Shown here one piece after another: positions 25,495 to 34,900 of a DNA stretch of 47,637 nt (its first letter is position 1; every line of letters begins with the position of its first letter). Origin of the DNA: a virus (taxonomy: Duplodnaviria > Caudoviricetes); IMG/VR virus record IMGVR_UViG_3300036520_000011, positions 1 to 47,637 of that record; one strand, given 5' to 3'. The position numbers and the translations under genes are program-made. The notes beneath the pieces were generated by a model. The model worked only from the letters and a program-made list of their open reading frames with translations. It searched no databases and had not been told where the DNA came from.

Positions 25495-26235
25495 ATGAAC
25501 ACCCACCAGCTGCGCGCCCTTCGTTGGGGCGTGAGCCATCAACCGTGGCTGAACATCAGCGACGGCGGGGACAACCCGCACGGAGGCGGGGGAGGGAGCG
25601 ACGACCCTAAGCCGGTCGATCCCGCGGCCCATCAGCGTCTGGCTGATGCGCACGAGCGCCTGAAGCGGGACGCGCAGGCGGATCGGGAGACCATCAAGGA
25701 CCTCACCGCCCGTCTCGAGGCGATCGAGGCCGAGAAGGCGAAGGCAGAGGAAGAAGCGGCGGCCAAGTCCGGGGACGTCGAGCAGGTGAAGGCTCAGCTC
25801 GAGGCGAAGCACACCCGGGAGCTGGCGAAAGAGAAGGAGCGCGCCGATCGGGCGGAGGCTCGCCTGGAGAAGGTGCTAATCAACGAGCGTCTCAGCGCCG
25901 CGCTCGATGAGGTCCGCGTCAAGCCCGAACTCAAGGAAGCCGCTGCGGCGTTGCTGCGCTCAGGCGTCGAGCTGAGGGAAGAGGGCGAGGACCTCGTCCC
26001 GTACAAGGGCGGCCTGCCCCTCGGCGAGTCGATCAAGCTCTGGGCCGCTGACGACAAGGGCAAGGCCTTCGTCCTGGACGGCAACAGCGGCGGCGGCGCC
26101 TCCGGCGGCGCCCAGCAGCATGCCGGCAAGAACCCCTGGAAGCAGGGTCAGCTCAACATGACTGAGCAGGACCAGATCCAGGCGAAAGATCCGGCTCTCG
26201 CGAGCCGGCTGAAGGCGGAAGCAGGGGTCGCCTAG
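25495..26235 (+). CDS. Capsid scaffolding protein
   Basis: Charged coiled coil, GGGASGG and KNPW C-terminus; directly before the capsid gene. Confidence 0.85.
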   Translation: MNTHQLRALRWGVSHQPWLNISDGGDNPHGGGGGSDDPKPVDPAAHQRLADAHERLKRDAQADRETIKDLTARLEAIEAEKAKAEEEAAAKSGDVEQVKAQLEAKHTRELAKEKERADRAEARLEKVLINERLSAALDEVRVKPELKEAAAALLRSGVELREEGEDLVPYKGGLPLGESIKLWAADDKGKAFVLDGNSGGGASGGAQQHAGKNPWKQGQLNMTEQDQIQAKDPALASRLKAEAGVA

Positions 26236-26301
26236 ACCTCAACCCCTGCCCATTCGGCGGGCCACTCGGCCGCGTCTCTTTGATCTGAAAAGGAACTCGG
26301 C

Positions 26302-27315
26302 ATGGCCCTCGTCCGGCTCTCCGACCTCGTCTTCGGCGAGAACTTCAACCGCGCCACTGTCGAAGCCTCGGTGCGCCGGAACGCCTTTGCGGCGGCCGGC
26401 GTGCTGGTGCTCGACCCTGCGATCGCCGCCTTCATGAGCGACCAGGGCTTCATCGTGAACATGCCCCACTTCAAGCGTGTGGCGAATGACGAGCCCAACG
26501 CCTCGTCCGACAACCCCGCGGACGTGGCGGTGCCCAAGAAGATCGGCATGGGCAACGAGATCGCCCGGAAGCTGGCCCGCAACCAAGGCTGGTCCTCGGC
26601 CGATCTGACCGCAGCCTTCATCCAGCAGGATCCGCTCTCCGTCATCTCGGATCAGATCGCCGATTACTGGGCGGGCGTGAACCAGACGACCCTGCTCAAG
26701 ATTTGCCAGGGCATCCTGGCGGACAACGTCGCAAACGACGGCGGCGATATGGTCAAGAACGTCGCGACCGACGCGGTCGGCGCCCCAACCGATGCGCAGC
26801 TCTTCAGCACCGATGTGATGATCGATGCGGCCCAGACGATGGGTGATGCGAAGGGCTCACTGGCCGCCATTGCAGTCCACTCGGTCGTTCACGCACGGAT
26901 GCAGAAGATCGGCGCCCTGGTCGACACGTTCGATCCGGAGACCGGGACGCTGCTGTTCCAGTCCTTCCAAGGTAAGCGCGTCATCATCGACGACGACATG
27001 CCGGTGACCCAGGGCACGAACCGCAAGACCTACACCTCGATCCTGTTCGGCTCGGGCGCCTTCCGTCAGGGCCTCGGGACTCCGAAGACCCCCAATGCGG
27101 TGACCCGTGTGGAGGAGCAGGGCAACGGGGAGGGCGTGGAGACGCTCTGGAACCGCCGGCATGAGGTGATCCATCCGACCGGCTTCGCCATCGCCGGCAC
27201 GCAGATCTCCTCCAACGCCACGCCGACCTACTCGGCGCTGGCGACCGCGGCGAACTGGAATCGGGTGTTCGACCGCAAGAACATCCCGCTGGCGTTCATC
27301 CAGACGAACGGCTGA
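26302..27315 (+). CDS. Major capsid protein
   Basis: 337 aa, strong AAGGA RBS, highly biased codons; DA.QTMGD...HS...DD.MP...NW.RV.DRK.I pattern. Confidence 0.88.
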   Translation: MALVRLSDLVFGENFNRATVEASVRRNAFAAAGVLVLDPAIAAFMSDQGFIVNMPHFKRVANDEPNASSDNPADVAVPKKIGMGNEIARKLARNQGWSSADLTAAFIQQDPLSVISDQIADYWAGVNQTTLLKICQGILADNVANDGGDMVKNVATDAVGAPTDAQLFSTDVMIDAAQTMGDAKGSLAAIAVHSVVHARMQKIGALVDTFDPETGTLLFQSFQGKRVIIDDDMPVTQGTNRKTYTSILFGSGAFRQGLGTPKTPNAVTRVEEQGNGEGVETLWNRRHEVIHPTGFAIAGTQISSNATPTYSALATAANWNRVFDRKNIPLAFIQTNG

Positions 27316-27342
27316 CCTCCACAACAACAGCGGTTTCGGCAC

Positions 27343-27369
27343 GGGCGGCTTCGGCCGCCCTTGTCGTTT
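27343..27369 (+). terminator. Hairpin/terminator after the capsid gene
   Basis: GGGCGGC-TTCG-GCCGCCC followed by a T-rich tail. Confidence 0.7.
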
Positions 27370-27437
27370 CCGGCGCCGCGCGTCGCCGCGACTACGCGCC
27401 AGACCACCCCCTCAAGTCGACTTCAGGAGAGGCCACA

Positions 27438-28082
27438 ATGGCTCGCAATCGTATGCTCTCGTACATCGGCCTCGCCCTGGTGGCGTCGGCTCTGGCCGTC
27501 ACGGCGGCCGCAGCGCTCTCACCTTCCGACCTGGCGCATGCCGCCGCCACTGTGGCCCCGGTGCTCGCCATGGCGGCCGCTCCCGCCGCGAGCAACCTGG
27601 ACATCGCCACTCCCGCCGGCGGTCAGATCGCGCTCACCGCCTACAACAACGGCGACGGCACCTGGTCGGTGAAGCGTGGGCCCAACGGCGCAGTGCTTCA
27701 GGATGGACTGCCGCGCGAGCAAGCGCTGGCGATCGTCGGGGGCGCGACAGGCCCTTACGAACCTTCGACGCCCCAGGAGGCGGGTATCGCGGAACAGCGC
27801 GCCGAGCTGGAGAAGAAGGCGGCCGACATCGAGGTCGAGGGCATGTTCCGCTCCGACGCGGAAGTCGGCGCGGAGCCCGCGAAGGTCGGCCGGATCGCCG
27901 ATGCCGAACTCCAGGCCGAGAACGAGCGCCTTCAGGCGGAGAACGCCGAGCTCCGGGCCCAGGTCGCCCGGTTCGATGCCGACGGCGACGGCAAAACCGG
28001 CGGCGGTAGGGCGAAGCCCTCGAAGGCGCCGGCTGAGAACGGCGCCACTGGTAACGGCGGCGGCGAAGGCGAGAAGGCCTGA
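27438..28082 (+). CDS. Hypothetical head-region protein with hydrophobic N-terminus
   Basis: AGGAGAGG RBS; coiled coil and DADGDG motif near the C-terminus. Confidence 0.7.
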   Translation: MARNRMLSYIGLALVASALAVTAAAALSPSDLAHAAATVAPVLAMAAAPAASNLDIATPAGGQIALTAYNNGDGTWSVKRGPNGAVLQDGLPREQALAIVGGATGPYEPSTPQEAGIAEQRAELEKKAADIEVEGMFRSDAEVGAEPAKVGRIADAELQAENERLQAENAELRAQVARFDADGDGKTGGGRAKPSKAPAENGATGNGGGEGEKA

Positions 28083-28084
28083 CG

Positions 28085-28534
28085 ATGGCACTGGTCGTCG
28101 GGAATGGCGTGGTGAGATGGTCTTCGGATCCGCTCACCACGACCAGCAAGGTCGACGCCTACGCGCTCGCCCGGGGCTGGTCCGATTGGACCGTGCTTCC
28201 GGATGAGGCGGCAGCGGCCGCCATTCTCGACGCCAGCACCTACATTCGAGCCACGTTCGTCCCCCCGCCGGCGATCGCTCCATCAGTGGAGACGGAGATC
28301 GAAAACGCGGTCGCCGAGGCCGCTAGGCTGACCCTCTCGGGCCCCCTCATCGGCGGCGCTGGAGCGGCCGCCCCGCAGGTGGTTCGGGAAAAAGTCGGCC
28401 CGATCGAAACTGAGTACGCCGAGACTGCACCCGCCCAGGCTCGCGAGAGCCGATTGGCCCTGGTGCACGCCATGATGTTCGCAGCCGGCTCGCGACGAGT
28501 CGGCGGCGTGAACGCGCCACTGACCCGCGCATGA
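28085..28534 (+). CDS. Head-tail adaptor
   Basis: D.Y..ARGW..W and REKVGPIETEY motifs; position. Confidence 0.7.
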   Translation: MALVVGNGVVRWSSDPLTTTSKVDAYALARGWSDWTVLPDEAAAAAILDASTYIRATFVPPPAIAPSVETEIENAVAEAARLTLSGPLIGGAGAAAPQVVREKVGPIETEYAETAPAQARESRLALVHAMMFAAGSRRVGGVNAPLTRA

Positions 28535-28923
28535 CGGCCTACGACGAGCGCGCTCGACAGAGCGCTGCGCAGGCGCTCGCCCCAAAGGGTCGGGGAGGGA
28601 AGGGGCAGCCGGTGACGCTGACTCATACGCCCTCAGGCGCCCGAGACCCCGCCACAGGCGTGGTGACCCCCGGGACCGCCGTCGTGACGAGTTGTAGCGG
28701 CGTCGAGGAGGTGTACAGCGCACGCGACATCGACGGCACCCTGATCAAGGCGGGTGACACGCGCTTTCTGCTCTCGCCGCTCAACCAGGCGGGCGCCGAG
28801 ATCCCGGAGCCGAGGACGGGCGACACCATCACCATCGGCGCCAAGCAGTGGCGCATCCAAGCGGTCGAGCCGCTCGCGCCCGCGGGGTTGACAGTCATGT
28901 ACACGCTGCAGCTGCGAGGGTGA
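28531..28923 (+). CDS. Head closure / head-tail joining protein
   Basis: IDGTLI..GD...W.I..V.P..PAG...Y.LQLR. Confidence 0.75.
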   Translation: MTAYDERARQSAAQALAPKGRGGKGQPVTLTHTPSGARDPATGVVTPGTAVVTSCSGVEEVYSARDIDGTLIKAGDTRFLLSPLNQAGAEIPEPRTGDTITIGAKQWRIQAVEPLAPAGLTVMYTLQLRG

Positions 28924-28927
28924 GCTG

Positions 28928-29347
28928 ATGGGCACGTTCGCGCTCGCCTGCCAGGACTTCGCTGACCGCTTCGGCGACTATGCAGACCAGGTCGTCTTCG
29001 TGGCGGTCCTGGAGTTCCGCTCGCGCCTGATCGTGCGCTCACCGGTCGGCAATCCCTCCACTTGGCGGGAGCCGCGGCGGGGCTACGTAGGCGGCCACTT
29101 CCGCAAGAACTGGCAGACTGAGACCGGTGTGCTGACCTCTATCGAGCTGGAAGGCGTAGGCGCGCCGCCGGCGCCGAATGTCGACCAGCAGGCCGCCGGC
29201 AAGGTCCATTACATCTCCAACCCCGTGCCCTACGCGCGGCGCCTGGAGTACGGCTGGTCCAAGCAGGCGCCTAACGGAATGGTGGCCCTGACGGCCATCG
29301 AGTGGCCCAACATCGTGGCGGACGCCGCCGCGGCGGTGACGGAATGA
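28928..29347 (+). CDS. HK97 gp10-like neck/tail completion protein
   Basis: SPVG...G.FR.NW...N..PYA.RLEYG.S.QAP.GMV. Confidence 0.8.
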   Translation: MGTFALACQDFADRFGDYADQVVFVAVLEFRSRLIVRSPVGNPSTWREPRRGYVGGHFRKNWQTETGVLTSIELEGVGAPPAPNVDQQAAGKVHYISNPVPYARRLEYGWSKQAPNGMVALTAIEWPNIVADAAAAVTE

Positions 29348-29748
29348 GCGCCATCGCCATCCGGGCCGCCCTCGAGCAGCAACTGGCGTCCCTCGCGCCC
29401 GAGGTGGTCACCATCTGGGACAACGAGGACCCGGAGAGCGCGCCTGAGGCGCCGTATCAGCGGGCCTCAGTTCTGCTCGCCGAACCCGCAAACACCGAGA
29501 GCGGCCGCGCCTACCAGGAGCGTGGCTTCCTGCAGGTGACGCTCGTCTATCCGCCTGGGCTCGGCTGGGGCGCCGCAATGGCTCGGGCCGAAGCCATCCG
29601 CGCTCACTTTCCGCGCGGGCTCGCCCTGCCAGCAGGGCCCCTGAGCGCCACCGTTGAACGCACGCCTGAGATCGCCCCGGGCATGACCGAAGTGGACGGC
29701 TACGTCCTCCCGGTCCGGGTGCGCTTCTACGCTCACGTCCCTGCCTGA
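29344..29748 (+). CDS. Tail terminator protein
   Basis: G.LQV...P.G.G...A.AI..HF.RG; precedes the tail tube gene. Confidence 0.75.
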   Translation: MSAIAIRAALEQQLASLAPEVVTIWDNEDPESAPEAPYQRASVLLAEPANTESGRAYQERGFLQVTLVYPPGLGWGAAMARAEAIRAHFPRGLALPAGPLSATVERTPEIAPGMTEVDGYVLPVRVRFYAHVPA

Positions 29749-29827
29749 CGGCGCGAGAGCGCCCTCACCGACGGCCGCCCCTCCGGTCCGTCACTTCTGA
29801 CCCGCAACCCCGACTGGAGATCACCCC

Positions 29828-31039
29828 ATGGCCGTCGCCCAGGGCATCAATAAGCAGATCATCATCGCGCCGCAGTCGGCGCTCGGCACGCCAGCGTCGA
29901 CCGGTGGCCAGATCAAGCGTCGTCGTACTGGGAGCTTCTCACTCACCCGCGACACGTACGAGAACGACGAGATCACCTCGCACCAGCAGTCGACCGGCGC
30001 CACTGCCGGCATGCGGCGCGCGTCTGGTAGGATCGACGGACTGCTCTCGCCCGCGACCTACGCACCTGACATCGCCGCGGTGCTGCGCAAGGATTTCGTG
30101 GCCACCGCGCCGATCACCGGCGTGTCGGTGACCATCACCGGCTCAGGTCCGACCTACACGCTCACCCGCGCGGCCGGCTCGTTCCTGGCCGACGGCATCA
30201 AGGCAGGCGACGTGATCCGCCTGTCGGCCGGTGCTCTGAATGCGGCCAACATCGCAAAGAACCTGCACATCATCAGCGTCAACAGCGCCACCAGTCTGAC
30301 GGTGAAGCCGCTGAACGGCTCCGCCATGGCGGCGGACAATGCGGTGACGGGTACGACGGTCATCGTCGTCGGCAAGAAGACGCTCGCCCCCCTAACCGGA
30401 CATACCAACAAGTACTTCACCGTCGAAGAGTGGTACCCGGACGTGCCGAGCTCGGAGCTGTTCACCGACGTCAAGGTGGGCGCCATCCGCATCGGCATGC
30501 CGGCGAGCGGCAACGCGACGATCTCCATCGACTACGTGGCGCTGAACCGCCTCCTGGGCACTTCCCAGGTGCTGACCAGCCCCGCGGCTGAGACCACCAC
30601 CCCCGTCGTCGCCGCCGTGTCCGCCGTCATCATGGTGGGCAACACTGCGGTGCCCGTAACGGGCCTGGAGCTGACGATCGACCCGACCATCACGCCCTCC
30701 GAGGCCGAAGCCGGCTCGAACTTCGCATCCGACATCAACCGCGGCACGATCAAGGTGTCAGGGTCCTTCACGGCCAAGTTCCGGAACCAGACGCTGATGG
30801 CGCTTTACGACGCGCAGACGCCCACCAGCCTGAGCGCGGTGATCGCCGAGAACGACGCGGCCACCGCGGACTTCGTCGGCTTCACCATCGGTCGGCTGAA
30901 GATCATGGGCGACGCCCCCAACGACGGCCAGGCCGAGACGATCCGGACTTACCCCTTCACCGCCGAGATCAACGGCGCCGGCGGCCCGACGCTCGCCTAC
31001 GACAAGACCATCATCAGCGTCCAAGACAGCCAGGCCTAA
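29828..31039 (+). CDS. Major tail tube protein with an inserted beta-rich domain
   Basis: GGAGA RBS, Thr/Ala/Gly-rich; position before the chaperones and tape measure. Confidence 0.85.
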   Translation: MAVAQGINKQIIIAPQSALGTPASTGGQIKRRRTGSFSLTRDTYENDEITSHQQSTGATAGMRRASGRIDGLLSPATYAPDIAAVLRKDFVATAPITGVSVTITGSGPTYTLTRAAGSFLADGIKAGDVIRLSAGALNAANIAKNLHIISVNSATSLTVKPLNGSAMAADNAVTGTTVIVVGKKTLAPLTGHTNKYFTVEEWYPDVPSSELFTDVKVGAIRIGMPASGNATISIDYVALNRLLGTSQVLTSPAAETTTPVVAAVSAVIMVGNTAVPVTGLELTIDPTITPSEAEAGSNFASDINRGTIKVSGSFTAKFRNQTLMALYDAQTPTSLSAVIAENDAATADFVGFTIGRLKIMGDAPNDGQAETIRTYPFTAEINGAGGPTLAYDKTIISVQDSQA

Positions 31040-31109
31040 GCGCCGGCGACCAGCCCTCCCTCCAACTTCAAGGCCCGGTCGCGCCGGGCTGCTTTTTAGG
31101 ATCACCACC

Positions 31110-31538
31110 ATGACCAAGCCCGCCTCCCGCTCGCTGGCCTCGCTGAACACCCGCAAGGCGTCCGAGACCCCCTTCACTTTTGAGGCGGTGGAACCGGACG
31201 GCTCGTTCTCGGGGATCAAGCTGTCCGTCCTCGGCAGCCACTCCGACCAGGTCACCAAGGAGAGCAATCGCCTGATCAACGAGCGCCGGCAGCAGCAGGC
31301 CGCTCGCGAGGCGCAGGCCGGCCCGAACGAGCCGCTCTTCACGCCCGTCGAAGATGATGTCGCTTTCGGTCAGCGCCTGGCCGCCGTGCGCCTGGTCGGC
31401 TGGGAGGGAATCGACGAACCCTGCACGCCGGAGAACGCTCTGATCCTGTGTCAGACGAACCCGGGCTATGCCGCCCAGGTCATGCAGAAGAGCGGCAACC
31501 TCGCAAATTTTACCGCCGGCTGGCAGACGGCCTCTTAA
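31110..31538 (+). CDS. Tail assembly chaperone (gpG-like)
   Basis: LVGWEGI.EPCTPENA..L; slippery site near its end. Confidence 0.8.
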   Translation: MTKPASRSLASLNTRKASETPFTFEAVEPDGSFSGIKLSVLGSHSDQVTKESNRLINERRQQQAAREAQAGPNEPLFTPVEDDVAFGQRLAAVRLVGWEGIDEPCTPENALILCQTNPGYAAQVMQKSGNLANFTAGWQTAS

Positions 31539-31894
31539 TCTATGCCAAGGCCCAGTTCGCCCTTCGCTCCATCGAGGGCGAGGGCGAGCTGAAAGCCACC
31601 CGCCGCGAGCACCTGCTGGTCCTCGCCCGCGCCGGCGATGAAGAAGCCATCGCGGAATTGGCGAATGTCCCCAAGTTGAACCCGCTGGCGGCGCACCTCT
31701 GGTCTCACTTCTGGGACCTGAACCGCACCCGAGGCGGTACGGGCTTCGGCCCGGCGCCCATGACGCGGGTCGAGATCCGCCAATGGGAGGAAGACGAGGG
31801 TATCGAGCTGGAGCGGTGGGAGCGGCGCGCGCTCCTAGACTTGGACCTCGCCTATCTCGCCAGCCTCAGGGAGCATCCTAATGGAGCCCCTTAG
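31505..31894 (+). CDS. Tail chaperone -1 frameshift extension (gpGT-like)
   Basis: A-AAT-TTT heptamer at 31505-31511 in the correct phase; the -1 frame is open to 31894 (W..F.DL..TR..G.GP.P...EI..W). Confidence 0.8.
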   Translation, partial: KFYRRLADGLLIYAKAQFALRSIEGEGELKATRREHLLVLARAGDEEAIAELANVPKLNPLAAHLWSHFWDLNRTRGGTGFGPAPMTRVEIRQWEEDEGIELERWERRALLDLDLAYLASLREHPNGAP

Positions 31895-31935
31895 GCATCT
31901 GACAACTCACCCGATCTGACCTTGTGGAGGGCGCC

Positions 31936-34900
31936 ATGACGATGCAGGCCGACGCCCGCCTGGTCGCCGAGATCGACGCGACCTCCGCCACTTCCGCTAA
32001 GGCCGCACTGGCCGAGTTCGCCCAAGAAGCGATGCGTGCTGAGGGCGCCACCGACCGCCTGGGAGATGCGCAGACGATCCTAGCCTCAGAGGCGCGTGCG
32101 GCTGCAAGTGGGCTGGACGACACCACGCGGTCGGCCCTGGACCTTGAGCGATGCATCACCGCGCTGCGGGCGTCCTACGATCCGCTGCAGTCGTCGATCG
32201 ACCGGGTCAATCGCGAGCTCCACGAGGCAGACGCCCTCTATAAGGCGGGTGCAATTTCCGCAGGCGAGTTTGCTCGGGCCAACACCGTGCTGGGAGCCCG
32301 GCTGAACGACCTCCAGGACGTGCACGCGAGAGGCGCAAAGGGCGCTCGCCTCCAGGCCCACGAGGTCACGAACCTGGGCCGCCAGTTTGCAGATGTCGGC
32401 GTGCAGGCGGCGATGGGCACGAACGCCCTGATGATCGCCATCATGCAGGGTCCGCAGATTGCGGACATCTTCTCAACTGCAGCCGCTCGGGGCATCGGCT
32501 TCCGCGCGGTGCTGGGCCAGATCGGCGCCATGGCTGCACCTCTCGTGGTGCCACTGGCTGCCGTTGCCACCGTGGTCGGCACGGTGGCGGCCGGCTTTGG
32601 CCTGTTCCACCGCGAGCTGTCCAAGGGCTACCCCGACGACATCACCAAGGGCATGGGCCTGACGGCCGAGCAGCTGGAGCGCGTCGAGCACAAGACCGTC
32701 ACCTTCGGCGACACCTTCACGGCCACCTTCCAAGAGATTGGGGCCATGATCATGAACGGGCCGGTCGGCGACGGTCTGCGGTGGCTAGGGGACCTATTCA
32801 GCGACACCTTGGACTGGATCACCGACGCAGCGTTCGAAAGCACGGTGAAGTTCGTCGGCTTCTGGGTTGGTTCGTTCGAGACCCTGAAGGACAACTGGCG
32901 ACAGTTCCCTCAGGTTTTCGTCGCGGTGATGACCTCCGCCTTCAATGGCGGCCTGGAAAGTATCGAGCGGTTCGTCAACGACGGGATCGGCGCCATCAAC
33001 CGCCTGATCGGCGTCGTGAACAAGATCCCAGGCGTGGACCTTGGCCAACTCGAAGCGAATGTCCGGCTTGGGCGCCTTGCGACCCGCGGCCGCATCGCCC
33101 AGGAACAGGAAGCGAACGTCGCGGCTGCTGAAGAGCGCGCTCGAGCAGGCCTGTCGGCCTTCGGCGACCGGGTGGGGGACCGGGCTCTAGGGCGTGCCCG
33201 CAAACGCGCTCTCGAAGAGGCTGGCGATCCGAACAAGACCCGCGCGCGCACCGGCAAGTCGGAGGAAGAGCGCGAGCTGGAGCGGCTGAAGTCCCAGTAC
33301 GAGCGCGTCGAAGACGATCTGCGAACGGCGCAGGAGAAGGCGAACCAGGCGTACATCGAAGACCGCGACATCCTCGATCGAGCCCTCGCCGCCCGTCTGC
33401 TGACGGTCGAGAAGCACGTCGACCAGATGGAGCGCCTGCGCATCCGCTGGGAGGGCGAGACCCTCAAGAAGCCTCGGGAGTTGGAAGCGGTCGATGCCGA
33501 TTACGTCAAAGACGCCCTCGGCGGAGTCACGGATCGCACCTACGAGGACGAGCTCCGGCGCCTGCAGTCAGTCCGCGGAGAGCTAGAGCTCCTCAATGCG
33601 GCCGCTATGGACGCCGCTGCCGGCATGGAGCAGTCCTTCGGACGCGTGGGGGGTGCGATAGGCAACCTTGCAGGCGCCATCACCGGTTTCCCGGCGCAGC
33701 AGGCAGCCATCGCCGAGGCTGTTCACGAAGAGCAGCTCACGCAGGCGCAGGCGGAACGGGAGACGGCACAGCTACGTCTTCGCACCTATGGCGACATGGC
33801 CGGTGCGGCGAAGGGCTTCTTCGCCGAGCAGACGGCTGCCTACAAGGCGCTGCAGGCGGTTGAGATGGGTTACCGCGCCTGGCAGTTTGCCGCTTCCATC
33901 CAGGCGATGGCGCAGAACGCGGCGGAGACGACCACCAGCATCGCTGGGTCGATGGCCAAGGGCACGGCGTCCGCCGCCGCTGGCGCCGCGAAGATCTTCG
34001 AATGGCTTGGCCCGTGGGGCTTCCCTGTCGTCGCCGGGATGGTTGGCCTTCTCGCGTCGATGGGTCTGCGCGGGGCTGGAGGCGGCGGCGCGGCGTACAC
34101 CGGTCCAACGGCGGCCAGCCGTCAACAGGCGCAGGGCGTTGGATCGGTGCTGGGCGACACCTCCGCGAAGAGCGAGAGCCTGGAGCGTGCACTCGGCATC
34201 GCAGAAGGCAACTGGAACAAGGATCTTGAGTACTCGTCGCAGATGGTGCGTTCTCTCCGCGCGATCGAGGACAGCATCGGCGCGGTCGCAGCGGGCGTGG
34301 CGCGCGAGTTCGGCGCCAACGGCCTGCTCTCCTCCTCAGGCCTGAACCTTGGCACGAGCGGCCGCCCGGCGACGCTCGGCAACCTAGGCTTCGGCAACAG
34401 CACCAACCGCACCCTGAACGACGCCGGCATCCAGCTGGATAGCGGCAGCCTGGGCGAGCTGATCGCGAGCGGCGTCACGGGCTCGGCCTACCAGGAGGTC
34501 TTGGTCAACACGATCAAGAAGGCGTTCGGGATCACCTACAGCAACAAGACGAAGGTGCAGACGATCACCAGCGGACTGGACGGTGACCTGACCGGCCAGC
34601 TGACCGATCTGCTGGGCAGCCTGCGCTCTGGCGTCCTGTCCGCCGCCAGCATCCTGGGCGTGGAGGGGGCGGAAGCCACGCTCGACGCCCTCCAGGTGAA
34701 CCTGGGTAAGCTCTCCTTCGAGGGCCTGACCGGCGAGGAGATCGAGGCGGAGATCGCCGCCATCTTCGGCAAGGTGGGCGACGAGCTCGCGCTCAGCGCA
34801 ATTCCGGCCCTGCAGGAAGTGCAGGACGTCGGCGAAGGCGCCTTCGAGACCCTCGTCCGCGTCGCTCGCCAGTACCAGGTGGTCAACGTCACGCTGGACA

